Below are positions 38,906-48,502 of a stretch of DNA of 64,000 nucleotides, piece after piece. Both the position numbers and the translations under genes were made by a program. This DNA comes from Candidatus Kuenenbacteria bacterium (GTDB lineage: Bacteria; Patescibacteriota; Patescibacteriia; UBA2196; GWA2-42-15): positions 6,147 through 70,146 of the forward strand of contig JAAZOM010000021.1 in NCBI GenBank assembly GCA_012797775.1. The letters are read 5' to 3'. Under the pieces are notes generated by a model. It was not told where the DNA came from. It was given only the letters and a program-made list of their open reading frames with translations, and did no database searches. Every line of letters begins with the position of its first letter. Positions within the stretch are counted from its first letter, which is position 1.

Positions 38906-38990
38906 CGGAGAGAGAGGGATTCGAACCCTCGGTGCCTTGCGACACACACGCTTTCCAAGCGTGCGCACTAGACCGCTATGCGATCTCTCC
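38906..38990 (-). tRNA. tRNA-Ser (anticodon GGA), class II with long variable arm
   Basis: Acceptor GGAGAGA/TCTCTCC + G. Anticodon stem CACGC/GCGTG with loop TTGGAAA. Variable arm of ~16 nt. T-arm GAGGG-TTCGAAT-CCCTC. Confidence 0.9.
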
Positions 38991-39111
38991 GCCCTGAATA
39001 GAGTTTATATAATTAAGTCCAGTTTAACTAATTTTCAACGTTTAGTCAAAGATACTACAAAATAATAAATTGTGATATAATATAAGCAGATGTTTTAATT
39101 AAATAAAAAAT

Positions 39112-39597
39112 ATGAACAACACAATACCCATACCAGGTGGCGAAAACAATGGCCACAAAAAGGTCACCGCCATAATAATCTTGTTGTTGATAATAGTGGT
39201 TATTGGCGGAGGCGCATATTTATTAAAGAAATCTATTTTGGGGCCAGAGGTTGCCCCACCGAGTAGCGACGGTTTCCCAAATGAATTTTATTCCTATCTC
39301 GGGACTATCCAGTCAATCGAAGACAATAAAATAGTAATGCTGGCGACAGCAGCCAAAAACTACCTCAAGGAAGATACTAGTATCACTATTTTTACTGATG
39401 AGGAAACAACATTCATAAGGCAAGACAAGAATTTTGATATAAATAATGTCAAGCCAGGAGAAACTGGGCAATTTTATAAAACCACCACAATCAAACTAAC
39501 TGATCTCAAAGTGGGCGAAGAGATAACGGCCATTGACTATAAAAATGTCAAAGATAAGATAGAATTTACGGCTAAAAGAATCGAGGCGGTAAAATAA
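39112..39597 (+). CDS. Hypothetical membrane-anchored protein (161 aa)
   Basis: N-terminal TM helix and a small extracytoplasmic domain. One of the few plus-strand genes. Confidence 0.5.
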   Translation: MNNTIPIPGGENNGHKKVTAIIILLLIIVVIGGGAYLLKKSILGPEVAPPSSDGFPNEFYSYLGTIQSIEDNKIVMLATAAKNYLKEDTSITIFTDEETTFIRQDKNFDINNVKPGETGQFYKTTTIKLTDLKVGEEITAIDYKNVKDKIEFTAKRIEAVK

Positions 39598-39652
39598 TTT
39601 TATTTTAAAATACCCCCGAGTAATGTCGGGGGTATTTGTTTTGATAGATAGA

Positions 39653-40570
39653 TTAATAAATTTTCCAATTTTTACGGTCAGAAATAATTATTCTTTCTTT
39701 TTGGTTGTTATAATATCCCTTGGCAGTAACCTCAATGCCGATTGGCATAAAAATATCACCGGCAATGCTCGGGTTTAATTCATAAATAACCGCGTTATTG
39801 GTTTCATCGTTGATAATACGTATGCGCGGAGCCAAAAATTGACTGCCGCTGATAATGTCAAGGTTCCGATGAGAAGAGGCGGGGAGGGTGCCAGGATCTG
39901 AGGGTATGTGTTTTGTATAAATTGGGGCATCTTGTTCTACCCCACCACCCTCATTTTTGTGCAAAACAATTATTCTACCTTCTTTTTGTGCTGGCCAGTC
40001 GATATCAATTGAATCTGGATAAAAAACTAGCCCAGTTGGCACACTAACTCCAAAATCAATCTCAAAAGAACGGCCCGGCTGTAATCTAACCTTTAGGGGG
40101 TTATTTTTGACAATGTCGGAATTTAGTGTCTCGGTATAGATACAATTTTTATTTCCGCCCTTACTAGAATCAGTAACATCGGCCACAGAACCATATGTAA
40201 AAACAGAGGTTATGTTGGAGTTGTCAAAACATATGACACTGCCTAATTTTTTTATGGGCTTTAGATAGCTTTTCCAAGAAATAATATTATTATCGAGAAA
40301 ACCACTAGCGGGGGTGCCTTCGGTACCGAGCTCGCTCCCATCACGCTCTTTTTCAATTTTATATATAGCTTTTTCCATGGCACTTTCAGCTGCGAAATAA
40401 GCACTCTCTGATTCACCTATGGCTCGGCTGGTCTTGCCAATCCTCAAGATGACATCCGCAACAATAAAAGTAATCATGAGTAAATTGGCCAGAATCAAAA
40501 CGGTTAAAACAAGGGCGATACCCCCTTGATTTGATAGTAATTTATTTAATATTGGTTTCTTATTATTCAT
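39653..40570 (-). CDS. PilX-like minor pilin / pilus assembly protein (PilX N-terminal domain)
   Basis: SNQGGIALVLTVLILANLLMITFIVA matches the PilX N-terminal pattern. The start was moved to the internal MNNKK so that it does not overlap the upstream gene. Confidence 0.5.
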   Translation of the reverse strand: MNNKKPILNKLLSNQGGIALVLTVLILANLLMITFIVADVILRIGKTSRAIGESESAYFAAESAMEKAIYKIEKERDGSELGTEGTPASGFLDNNIISWKSYLKPIKKLGSVICFDNSNITSVFTYGSVADVTDSSKGGNKNCIYTETLNSDIVKNNPLKVRLQPGRSFEIDFGVSVPTGLVFYPDSIDIDWPAQKEGRIIVLHKNEGGGVEQDAPIYTKHIPSDPGTLPASSHRNLDIISGSQFLAPRIRIINDETNNAVIYELNPSIAGDIFMPIGIEVTAKGYYNNQKERIIISDRKNWKIY

Positions 40571-40589
40571 AAATAAAAGATAAAAGATA

Positions 40590-41153
40590 TTAGAATCCGG
40601 CCAGTCTTTGGGGGATTGTCTGCTGAATTGAGAGGTGTCTTTCTTGGCCGGCACGAATATTTTTTAAGTCTAGAATAATCGTTACTTTGGGAAACTGGGT
40701 TGGGGCTACGTTGATATCAGCAAAAGGGTTAGAGGCAGGTGTGATATAAAATTTTAAATCAGAAACAGAGACATCGGCCGGTGGTATCGCAAAAAAATTA
40801 CCACTCAAACTACAGTTAGTAATACAAACTTTTATATTATTATCTTCAAACTTGAAAACAGTCTCATTGCCTCCGCTATCAAGAAGAGCGAGGGTGGTCA
40901 CACCTTCCTGGTTAATATTATTATTATAAAAACTATAATTTACTTTTCCACTTCTAATTTTTTTGGCTACTATTTCCATAATAAACTGGGCTTCTTTTTG
41001 AAGTTTGGAAATCTGGATGGTTCTCTGTTCTGCCTGTAGCGAATAATTATAAATCCCGAGGGTCATGGTAAATAAAACCACAAAAATACCAAGGGCGATA
41101 GTCATTTCTAGTAAAGTAAAACCTTTTTGTTTTTGGAGATGAGACAATATCAT
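40590..41153 (-). CDS. Minor pilin, PilW-like (prepilin-type N-terminal cleavage/methylation domain)
   Basis: QKGFTLLEMTIALGIFVVLF class III signal. Confidence 0.6.
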   Translation of the reverse strand: MILSHLQKQKGFTLLEMTIALGIFVVLFTMTLGIYNYSLQAEQRTIQISKLQKEAQFIMEIVAKKIRSGKVNYSFYNNNINQEGVTTLALLDSGGNETVFKFEDNNIKVCITNCSLSGNFFAIPPADVSVSDLKFYITPASNPFADINVAPTQFPKVTIILDLKNIRAGQERHLSIQQTIPQRLAGF

Positions 41154-41175
41154 AGATAAAAATAATTTTATGCCC

Positions 41176-41733
41176 TTAATCAGCCTGCCAATCGGTGAGT
41201 CGGGCTTCCAGGGAGAAAGTAGAAACCCGCCCCTTTACCTGCCAAGAGACGGTCGAAGTAATAACTTTTTCATAGGCACTATCAGACGGACTGATAGTGA
41301 CCGTTCTTTTAAAGACGGTTTCCTGGGCACTGGGTGAAAAGGTGTGTGAATAGCGACCATTACTGTCAAGATAAAGTTTGCAATTTTCACAGTTATCGAG
41401 GCTGGCATAATTTAGGGTATTGAAAGTGGAAAGAGTATTATTTGACTGGCTATCCACAAAATAACTCTCATTATCATAATCACCGCTAAATATATCAATT
41501 TTACTGGGCTCACTGTCGGCAATGGCGCTATTGTTGTTTCTAATAGAGCGAACTATCTCTATCCCCTCCCGGGCCAAATTGACAACGACTATTTCGTCTT
41601 CGGTCGACTGGATATATTTGAAAGAAGAGAGCATTAAGGTCAGACTGGCCAGGATGCCAATCATCAAAATACCAAGTGCAATAGTGGTCTCGAGCAGGGT
41701 CAATCCTTTTTTGTTTTGATATAAATAAAACAT
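41176..41733 (-). CDS. Minor pilin, PilV-like
   Basis: KKGLTLLETTIALGILMIGILAS class III signal. Confidence 0.6.
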   Translation of the reverse strand: MFYLYQNKKGLTLLETTIALGILMIGILASLTLMLSSFKYIQSTEDEIVVVNLAREGIEIVRSIRNNNSAIADSEPSKIDIFSGDYDNESYFVDSQSNNTLSTFNTLNYASLDNCENCKLYLDSNGRYSHTFSPSAQETVFKRTVTISPSDSAYEKVITSTVSWQVKGRVSTFSLEARLTDWQAD

Positions 41734-41739
41734 AAAAAC

Positions 41740-42324
41740 TTATTGAATGTTTATACGACCAGATTTGACATCCAGAGTAATGGTTTTGGTATAGTTGGTA
41801 TTTTTGAAGCCAATAGTGATCTGTGCTCCCGTGGCCGTATTGGAGCCATTGATATAAACAAGGCCCTGGGGTGGCACAAAGGCAATATCCAGAGAACTTG
41901 GGGGCGTACCACCAGTCGGAGTAATAGCAACCTGATTGATATAAACGTCATCGTCGAGCATGCCAAATGTCTGTACAAGAATATCATTTGTATCATTGGA
42001 ATTGTATATGTGATCTGCGCCAAGGCCATCAGCAAAAAGTAAATATGAACAGTTGGCTTGGCAAGTGGAAAGATGTAGGCCATAACCACCAGGTGGTCGA
42101 GAGCCACTGCTGGTAGTCAAGCCAATAAGGGAGTTGATGTTGGCTTGCCTCAAAATAGTACTCAATCTTTCTGCTTCGTTGTCCAAAGCGGCCTTTTGGC
42201 TAGAGCCACGGAAGTTGGCAATCACCAAAACAGAAATCATAGCAATAATACCAGCGGCGACTACTAATTCGGCGATCGTAAATCCTTTTGTATTTTTTAT
42301 TTTTTTTATCAAGACAATATCCAT
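41740..42324 (-). CDS. Minor pseudopilin, FimT/GspH-like
   Basis: TKGFTIAELVVAAGIIAMISVLV class III signal. The start was set at the internal MDIVLIKK. Confidence 0.6.
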   Translation of the reverse strand: MDIVLIKKIKNTKGFTIAELVVAAGIIAMISVLVIANFRGSSQKAALDNEAERLSTILRQANINSLIGLTTSSGSRPPGGYGLHLSTCQANCSYLLFADGLGADHIYNSNDTNDILVQTFGMLDDDVYINQVAITPTGGTPPSSLDIAFVPPQGLVYINGSNTATGAQITIGFKNTNYTKTITLDVKSGRINIQ

Positions 42325-42329
42325 AAATA

Positions 42330-43199
42330 TTAATAAAGAGTAAGGGAAAGATATTTTGTCAGAATCCACTGCCCACAAAGAAGGGTGATAAGGGCGCTCG
42401 GAGTCAAAAAGGTGCCGAAGGGAATAGCTGATTGCATGCTCTTTTTTTTACTAATTATGAGAAAAATACCGACTGCGGCTCCGGAAATATAAGCGAGGAA
42501 AAGACAAACCAAAGTGTGCGGCCAGCCCAAGAGAAACCCGATTAAAAAACCCAGACGAATATCTCCCCCACCAATCCACTTGCCTTTGGATAAAATAAAT
42601 TGGGCCAAGAAAAAACCACCACCGACCAGTCCGCCCAAAAAATAACCAGAAAAAAATGACCAAAAGCCCTGGGCAGTGGGGGCTGAAAAATAAATTAATA
42701 AATTAAATATTAAGGCAAGAAAAATGGCCGGCAAGGTGACAACATCAGGAATCAAATAATACCTTAGATCATAAATAAAAATAAAAAGAAAAACGGCTGC
42801 AAAAAAACAATAGCCAACAAAATATAAAATAGCAATAGAACCAAGAACAAAAGAAAAATAAATTTTTAAAGAAATAAGCACAAAAATAAGGCCGCAAGCG
42901 AACTCCACTAGGGGATATTGGAGGGAAATTGTCTGCCGGCAATGACGACAATGACCGCGAAGTAACAGGTAACTAATAATGGGCAAATTGTCGTACCAGA
43001 TAATCTGTTTTCTGCATTTTGGACAATGAGAGCGCTCAGTGACAAAAGGTTGCTTCGTATGCAGGCGATAAACCAAGCAATTAATAAAACTCCCTATGAT
43101 CAAACCAAATAAAAAAGAAAAAATAATAAACAAATAAAACATGATATTATTATAACACAAAACCCTTCTTGTGTTGAGAAGAAGGGTTTTGGGTGACAA
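42330..43199 (-). CDS. pilD: Prepilin peptidase (A24 family)
   Basis: N-terminal Zn-binding CxxC pairs (CPKCRKQI...CRHCRQ) and a polytopic DUF/peptidase A24 core. The true start may be the internal MFYLFIIF. Confidence 0.85.
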   Translation of the reverse strand: MSPKTLLLNTRRVLCYNNIMFYLFIIFSFLFGLIIGSFINCLVYRLHTKQPFVTERSHCPKCRKQIIWYDNLPIISYLLLRGHCRHCRQTISLQYPLVEFACGLIFVLISLKIYFSFVLGSIAILYFVGYCFFAAVFLFIFIYDLRYYLIPDVVTLPAIFLALIFNLLIYFSAPTAQGFWSFFSGYFLGGLVGGGFFLAQFILSKGKWIGGGDIRLGFLIGFLLGWPHTLVCLFLAYISGAAVGIFLIISKKKSMQSAIPFGTFLTPSALITLLCGQWILTKYLSLTLY

Positions 43200-43203
43200 G
43201 TAA

Positions 43204-43668
43204 TTACCTTATATAGTTGGGAACACCAGAGTGGACGCCCGAAGACAAACCGCCAGAGGGACTTTCTAAAGTAAAGGTAATAGTATAGGTAGAGCCATCA
43301 CTTGAATAAACATAATCAGACCCACCCGGAGAGGGGTTCGCTTGAATTTTTGCCATATAAGTACTACCGGAAACCGAGGAATTAAAACCGTTGGCAGAAC
43401 TAAGGCTAGTCCTGGGATCTACACCCAGTGCTCCATCTTGTACCACGCCACCAATGGTGCCAGAAGGATAACCGCCCAAGTCATTGAAATAAAGCTCAAG
43501 GGCGGTTTGGATATTGCGAACATCCCCCAACCTGCGGCTATCGCGTGATTTTATCCTGGCGTTGTTTAATGAAGTTACGGCCAAGGTAGCCAAAAGCCCA
43601 ATAATCGCTATGACCAGTAAAAGCTCAATTAAAGTAAACCCGGGTTGACTTTTTTGTTTGTAAAACAT
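43204..43668 (-). CDS. pilA: Type IV major pilin (paralog 1) with S/T/G-rich C-terminal half
   Basis: PGFTLIELLLVIAIIGLLATLAVTSLNNARIKSRDSRR is a classic T4a pilin N-terminus. The C-terminus is Ser/Gly-rich. Confidence 0.8.
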   Translation of the reverse strand: MFYKQKSQPGFTLIELLLVIAIIGLLATLAVTSLNNARIKSRDSRRLGDVRNIQTALELYFNDLGGYPSGTIGGVVQDGALGVDPRTSLSSANGFNSSVSGSTYMAKIQANPSPGGSDYVYSSDGSTYTITFTLESPSGGLSSGVHSGVPNYIR

Positions 43669-43747
43669 ATTTTAAAAATAGTTTCTATTGTATTATTATT
43701 TATTATAGCTTAAAATTATAATAATTAACAACAAAGAACGGTGGATA

Positions 43748-45385
43748 ATGGCAAAAGATAAATACTATAAAAATCTTAAATCTTTTCTTGTTTCGCACAA
43801 ATATCCTTTTTTATTGACTCTAATTATAATATTGGGGCTATTTTTGAGGTTGGTGAATATCGAGAAAGAACCATATTGGTGCGATGAACTTTTAAGTTTG
43901 GGAGTGGCAAAACACTATATTAACAATCTGGCAGAAATGTGGGATTATTTACGATTGGTAGATATACACCCACCGCTCTATTATTATTTGCTTAGTTTTT
44001 GGATAAAAATATTCGGCCACGGAGAAGCCGCCACAAGGGCAATGTCCCTTGTCTTTAGTTTGGGTGTTGTATGGTTAACTTATATAGCCGGAGTAGTTTT
44101 TTTAAAAAACAAAAAAATAGCTATCGTTGCCTCGTTTTTGGCGGCTATTTTGCCAATGCAGATAGAGTATGGCCAAGAGGCTAGACCTTATGCTATTTAT
44201 TGTTTCTTTGGTTTGGCCAGTATTATCCTGCTGGCCAAATATTTTGAAGCTGAAAAAAAGAATAAAAAAATTTTATTATCTTTCTTCTACGCAGCGACAA
44301 GCATAATTGGCCTTTATCTTCACTACTCGTTTCTGCTAATAATAATACCAACGGCCAGCTGGTGGTTGATAAAAGTAATAAAAGAAAAAAAGAGTAAGGA
44401 TTTTCTATGGTGGCTGGGGACTATGACAATAATTTTTCTAGGTTTTTACCCGTGGCTATCAGTATTTATTTTTAAAAGCTTTTTGTCCAATAATGTGATA
44501 ACTAATAGCCAGATACTGATGACCACGGCTAGGCCTTTTGATTTTATGGAAACCGCAATGAGCCAACTAATATGGACGAACAAAATGCCCCTATCCTCTC
44601 CAGTGGAGGTGTTTGCTGCTTTTGTTGTAAAAATTTTTGTATTAATACTTGTACTAATAATTATAACCAACGGAAAAGACCACTTTAAAAAAAATCGGTC
44701 GGCAATAAATTTTATAGGGTGGGTAATAGTCATAAGCAGCCTGCTTTTTCTTTTTATGCCCAGCTCCAATGCTTATACAACGCTCCTGGAAAGACACCTG
44801 ATAGTTGACTCTGTTCTCTTGGCTTTATTGCTGTCTTTTTTGATAGTCTTTGGGTTGCGAAAAAGCCGGTGGATATTGATAGCTTTGGGTTTGATAGTTG
44901 TAAGCTTATTCACTCTAAATATAAAAATATTGAGCGATGATTCACTTTTTGATATCAACAGCCGCTTTGGAATAGTGGCCAATTATATAAATGAGCAATA
45001 CAAGGATGGCGACCTGCTTTTGATCAATGATAGTATAGTTAGATCGGATATGAATTATTATTTGAGAAACGATATTCAGGGCTTTAAGACTATTTATCCA
45101 ACGATTATTGGCGAGAATGATCTTTTGGCAACAAGAGACACCTTGGGTTTTGTGGAAAGCGCTTTTCATTTATTAAAAGAAACTGGTATGGTGGAAAGTC
45201 GCTTAAATATAAAAATGAATTATCTGATAAAAAAATATAACCCAAAAAGGGTCTGGGTTGTTTGTGCTTCTGATGATGTCAAAGACTGGTTTCGGACGGA
45301 CGATTGGCGCATGGCATTTAAACCAATCGGCAAACTCTTCCCGGTAAGTTTATACGTCAAAATAGAACCAACAAAAAATAAATAA
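43748..45385 (+). CDS. GT-C fold membrane glycosyltransferase (PMT_2 / ArnT / GT39-GT83-like), 545 aa
   Basis: It has 11+ TM helices. An acidic motif sits in the first extracytoplasmic loop (EPYWCDELLSLG). The architecture is family-typical (RPYAIYCFFG...) and there is a C-terminal soluble domain. Confidence 0.75.
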   Translation: MAKDKYYKNLKSFLVSHKYPFLLTLIIILGLFLRLVNIEKEPYWCDELLSLGVAKHYINNLAEMWDYLRLVDIHPPLYYYLLSFWIKIFGHGEAATRAMSLVFSLGVVWLTYIAGVVFLKNKKIAIVASFLAAILPMQIEYGQEARPYAIYCFFGLASIILLAKYFEAEKKNKKILLSFFYAATSIIGLYLHYSFLLIIIPTASWWLIKVIKEKKSKDFLWWLGTMTIIFLGFYPWLSVFIFKSFLSNNVITNSQILMTTARPFDFMETAMSQLIWTNKMPLSSPVEVFAAFVVKIFVLILVLIIITNGKDHFKKNRSAINFIGWVIVISSLLFLFMPSSNAYTTLLERHLIVDSVLLALLLSFLIVFGLRKSRWILIALGLIVVSLFTLNIKILSDDSLFDINSRFGIVANYINEQYKDGDLLLINDSIVRSDMNYYLRNDIQGFKTIYPTIIGENDLLATRDTLGFVESAFHLLKETGMVESRLNIKMNYLIKKYNPKRVWVVCASDDVKDWFRTDDWRMAFKPIGKLFPVSLYVKIEPTKNK

Positions 45386-45389
45386 TATT

Positions 45390-46139
45390 ATGCCAAAAAT
45401 ACACCCGGGCAAAAGAGTAATAGCCGTTTTGCCAGCTTATAATGCCGAGAAAACCCTAAAAAAAACACTCGACGATATACCAAAAGATTGGGTAGATGAA
45501 ATAATATTGGTAGATGACGCCAGCGGAGACAAAACAGTTGAATTGGCCAGATTTTTGGGGATAAAAACATTCACTCATAATAAAAATTTGGGTTACGGAG
45601 GAAACCAAAAAACTTGTTATACAGAAGCCCTAAAACTGGGAGCCGATATCGCCATAATGATACACCCGGACCACCAATATGATCCGCGCTTGGTGCCAGA
45701 TTTACTTTTGCCACTTTTAAGAGAGGACGCAGATGCTGTTTTTGGATCAAGGATGATGAGACCGGGTGGAGCCAGAAATGGAGGCATGCCCAGCTGGAAA
45801 TACTGGGCCAATATTTTTTTAACTAAGTTGGAAAACCTGATACTTGGCCTTAGGTTGACCGAATATCATTCCGGTTTTCGCGCTTATTCAAAAAAAGCTC
45901 TAGAACAAATAAATTTTTTGGACAATTCGGATGATTTTGTTTTTGATACAGAGATAATTATACAACTTCGAATAAAAAAAATGCATATCCAAGAAGTGCC
46001 AATTAGTACTCGTTATTTTAAAGAAGCTTCGATGATAGGATTCAAGAGAAGCCTGATCTACGGCCTGAGTATTATAAAAAATTTGGGAGAATATATTTTA
46101 TTTAGGTTGGGCTGGAAAAAATACAAAAAATTTGGATAG
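45390..46139 (+). CDS. GT2 polyprenol-phosphate glycosyltransferase (DPM1 / GtrB / ArnC-like)
   Basis: AVLPAYNAEKTL...EIILVDDASGD...GYGGNQKTCY is the GT2 signature of dolichol/undecaprenol-phosphate sugar synthases. Confidence 0.85.
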   Translation: MPKIHPGKRVIAVLPAYNAEKTLKKTLDDIPKDWVDEIILVDDASGDKTVELARFLGIKTFTHNKNLGYGGNQKTCYTEALKLGADIAIMIHPDHQYDPRLVPDLLLPLLREDADAVFGSRMMRPGGARNGGMPSWKYWANIFLTKLENLILGLRLTEYHSGFRAYSKKALEQINFLDNSDDFVFDTEIIIQLRIKKMHIQEVPISTRYFKEASMIGFKRSLIYGLSIIKNLGEYILFRLGWKKYKKFG

Positions 46140-46163
46140 TTAATACAAATTACAGATGTTAAA

Positions 46164-46571
46164 ATGATATTTAAAAAGATAATTAACTATTTTCTCCAAA
46201 AAAAATTTATCCGCTTCGCTATTTCCGGAGGCATAGCCACGGTAGTGGATATCTCCCTGCTATATATACTAACAGAATGGTTGGGCATCTGGTATTTAAT
46301 ATCCTCCGTCTTTTCTTTTCTGGTGGGCTCAATTACTCATTTCTCAATTAGCCGCGCGTGGGTATTTGATGATAGGGGCAAAAAATACTGGCAACAATAT
46401 AAATCTTTTTTTGTTATACACTTGGTCGGGCTGGCGATAAATACGGCCGCACTTTATATTCTCGTAGAATATTTTGATGTTTATTATATAGCCGCCAAAA
46501 TTATTACGGTTATTTTTGGTGTAAGTTGGACATTTTGGGCTAACAAAAAATTAACTTTTGAAAAAACCTAA
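46164..46571 (+). CDS. GtrA-family small membrane protein (lipid-linked sugar flippase-like)
   Basis: 135 aa with 4 TM helices. FIRFAISGGIATVVDISLLYIL is GtrA-like. Confidence 0.8.
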   Translation: MIFKKIINYFLQKKFIRFAISGGIATVVDISLLYILTEWLGIWYLISSVFSFLVGSITHFSISRAWVFDDRGKKYWQQYKSFFVIHLVGLAINTAALYILVEYFDVYYIAAKIITVIFGVSWTFWANKKLTFEKT

Positions 46572-46602
46572 AAGAATAGTAACGAAAAATAAAATTTTAC
46601 AA

Positions 46603-46640
46603 CAAAAACGCCCCTCATGCGTAAGGGGCGTTTTATAAAA
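46603..46640. terminator. Bidirectional terminator between the GtrA-like gene (+) and the pilin gene (-)
   Basis: AACGCCCCT-CATGCGTA-AGGGGCGTT hairpin with flanking A/T runs. Confidence 0.6.
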
Positions 46641-46648
46641 ACCGAAAT

Positions 46649-47122
46649 TTACTGAATACCGTTGGGGGTGGCGGTTCTCGCGCCTGAGGCTAGACCACCA
46701 GTAGCTCCCTCAAGACTGAAAGTAATCATATAGCTTTGGGTGCTAGCAGCACAAGTGGTGGGCGCAGCTGAAGTGGCACTACAATAAGTGTAATCAGCAC
46801 CATTTGGTGTCGGATTGCTCGGGACTTGACCCATATAAACTGTGCCAGAGGTAGAACCAGTAGCAGTAAATCCACCGGCGCTAAGAGCTGCATAATTACT
46901 AGAACCAAGTGTCTGGCCTGTGCCAACGCTTGGATAGCCATTTTGATCAACAAAATATAATTCTAAAGCAGTCTGGATTTGTTTGATATCAGAAACACGT
47001 TTGGCGTCTCTGGATTTTTGACGAGCATTGTTTAGAGCCACGACAGAAAGAGTAGCTAGAAGACCAATAATGGCGATAACAACCAAGAGCTCAATCAAAG
47101 TAAAACCTTTTCTATTTTTCAT
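46649..47122 (-). CDS. pilA: Type IV major pilin (paralog 2) with S/T/A-rich C-terminal half
   Basis: RKGFTLIELLVVIAIIGLLATLSVVALNNARQKSRDAKR. The C-terminus is GSTSGTVYMGQVPSNPTPNGADYTYCSATSAAPTTCAASTQ. Confidence 0.8.
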   Translation of the reverse strand: MKNRKGFTLIELLVVIAIIGLLATLSVVALNNARQKSRDAKRVSDIKQIQTALELYFVDQNGYPSVGTGQTLGSSNYAALSAGGFTATGSTSGTVYMGQVPSNPTPNGADYTYCSATSAAPTTCAASTQSYMITFSLEGATGGLASGARTATPNGIQ

Positions 47123-47293
47123 AAATTTTTAACAAATTACTTATTTAATAAACCTAGCTAGATTTATTACAAAAAAAGATTTCGACCTTTGCTTTTGTAT
47201 TTTGTAACTAAATGCAAATAATTATTTATCCACAGTTTAATTATAACATCAAAACAAAAAAAGGACAAATATTTTGCTGAAATAAGCTATTTA

Positions 47294-48499
47294 CTAAAAG
47301 CCAGAAGACATATTATACATAGGCATAATGACAGCCGCGACCATGATACCGACCCCCACGCCCATAACTACCATAATCATAGGCTCTATAAGACTAATAA
47401 GGTTGGCGACCAAGGACTCGACCTCTCTAGCGTAGAAATCGGTCATTTTGCTCAAAACATCACTGATGCGGCCTGTTTTTTCGCCAACCGAAAGCATGTG
47501 GGCAATCATAGGCGGTATCTCCTTGCTCTTCAAAAATAACGTGGCAATAGGATTGCCGTCCTGGACATCTTTGGCTGTGCGGTCGATTAGGTCTTTGTAG
47601 TAAGCATTGCCCACAACATCACTGACAATATTCAAAGAGGTAGTAATGGGGACCCCGCCTTCCACTAAAGTTGCCATGCTGCGAGTAAAGCGCACGAGAT
47701 AAATACGCTGGAAAAGTGTGCCAAAAACTGGCAATTTCAACTTGAGATAGTCCCACTTGCGGCGAGGCCCGGGCTGACGAAGTAGATATCTCATGCCGAC
47801 AACGAAAATAACAGCAAAAATAATTATGGCCCACCAATAATTTACCAAGAAAGCACTGGTGCCGATCAAAAGTCTCGTGGCCAGCGGCAATTCGCCGCCA
47901 GTTTCCGATAATATAGCAGTAATTTTTGGTACAACGAAAACCATCATTATAATACCGACGCCGCCGAGGGCCGCCAAAATAAAGGCGGGATAAATCATTG
48001 AGCCCTTGATCTTACTCATAAGAGCATAATCTTTTTCTTGCTCATCAGCCAGATAGTTTAAAACTTTGTCCAAGCTGCCCGACGTCTCCCCGGATCGCAC
48101 CATGGCAATAAAAAATGGACTAAATATCTTTTTGTGGCGCTCCAGAGAGTTGGAAAGCCTTTCGCCGCCCTCTACATCATCGGCGATTTCGGAGATGGCA
48201 GACTTAAAAGCATTGTTTTCTGTCTGTTCTATCAAAATACGCAATGACTGCACAATGGGAAGAGTGGCTGTAGACATAACTGCTAATTGACGAGAAAACA
48301 TAACTAGATCTTTTATTTTTACTCTATTAAAAAATGGCAGACTGATATTGAGCGCTGTTTTTTTGGCTTGAGCTTCAAGAAAAATAATAGCAACCCCTTG
48401 TTCACTAAGGGTTGCCACGGCATCATTTTTGTTGATAGACTCGATAAGCCCCTCAACACTCTGTCCTTCTTTGTTTTTGCCTCTATATTTGAATATCAT
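47294..48499 (-). CDS. pilC: Type IV pilus assembly platform protein (GspF family)
   Basis: Two T2SSF repeats, 3 TM helices, 401 aa. Confidence 0.85.
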   Translation of the reverse strand: MIFKYRGKNKEGQSVEGLIESINKNDAVATLSEQGVAIIFLEAQAKKTALNISLPFFNRVKIKDLVMFSRQLAVMSTATLPIVQSLRILIEQTENNAFKSAISEIADDVEGGERLSNSLERHKKIFSPFFIAMVRSGETSGSLDKVLNYLADEQEKDYALMSKIKGSMIYPAFILAALGGVGIIMMVFVVPKITAILSETGGELPLATRLLIGTSAFLVNYWWAIIIFAVIFVVGMRYLLRQPGPRRKWDYLKLKLPVFGTLFQRIYLVRFTRSMATLVEGGVPITTSLNIVSDVVGNAYYKDLIDRTAKDVQDGNPIATLFLKSKEIPPMIAHMLSVGEKTGRISDVLSKMTDFYAREVESLVANLISLIEPMIMVVMGVGVGIMVAAVIMPMYNMSSGF

Positions 48500-48502
48500 A
48501 TA

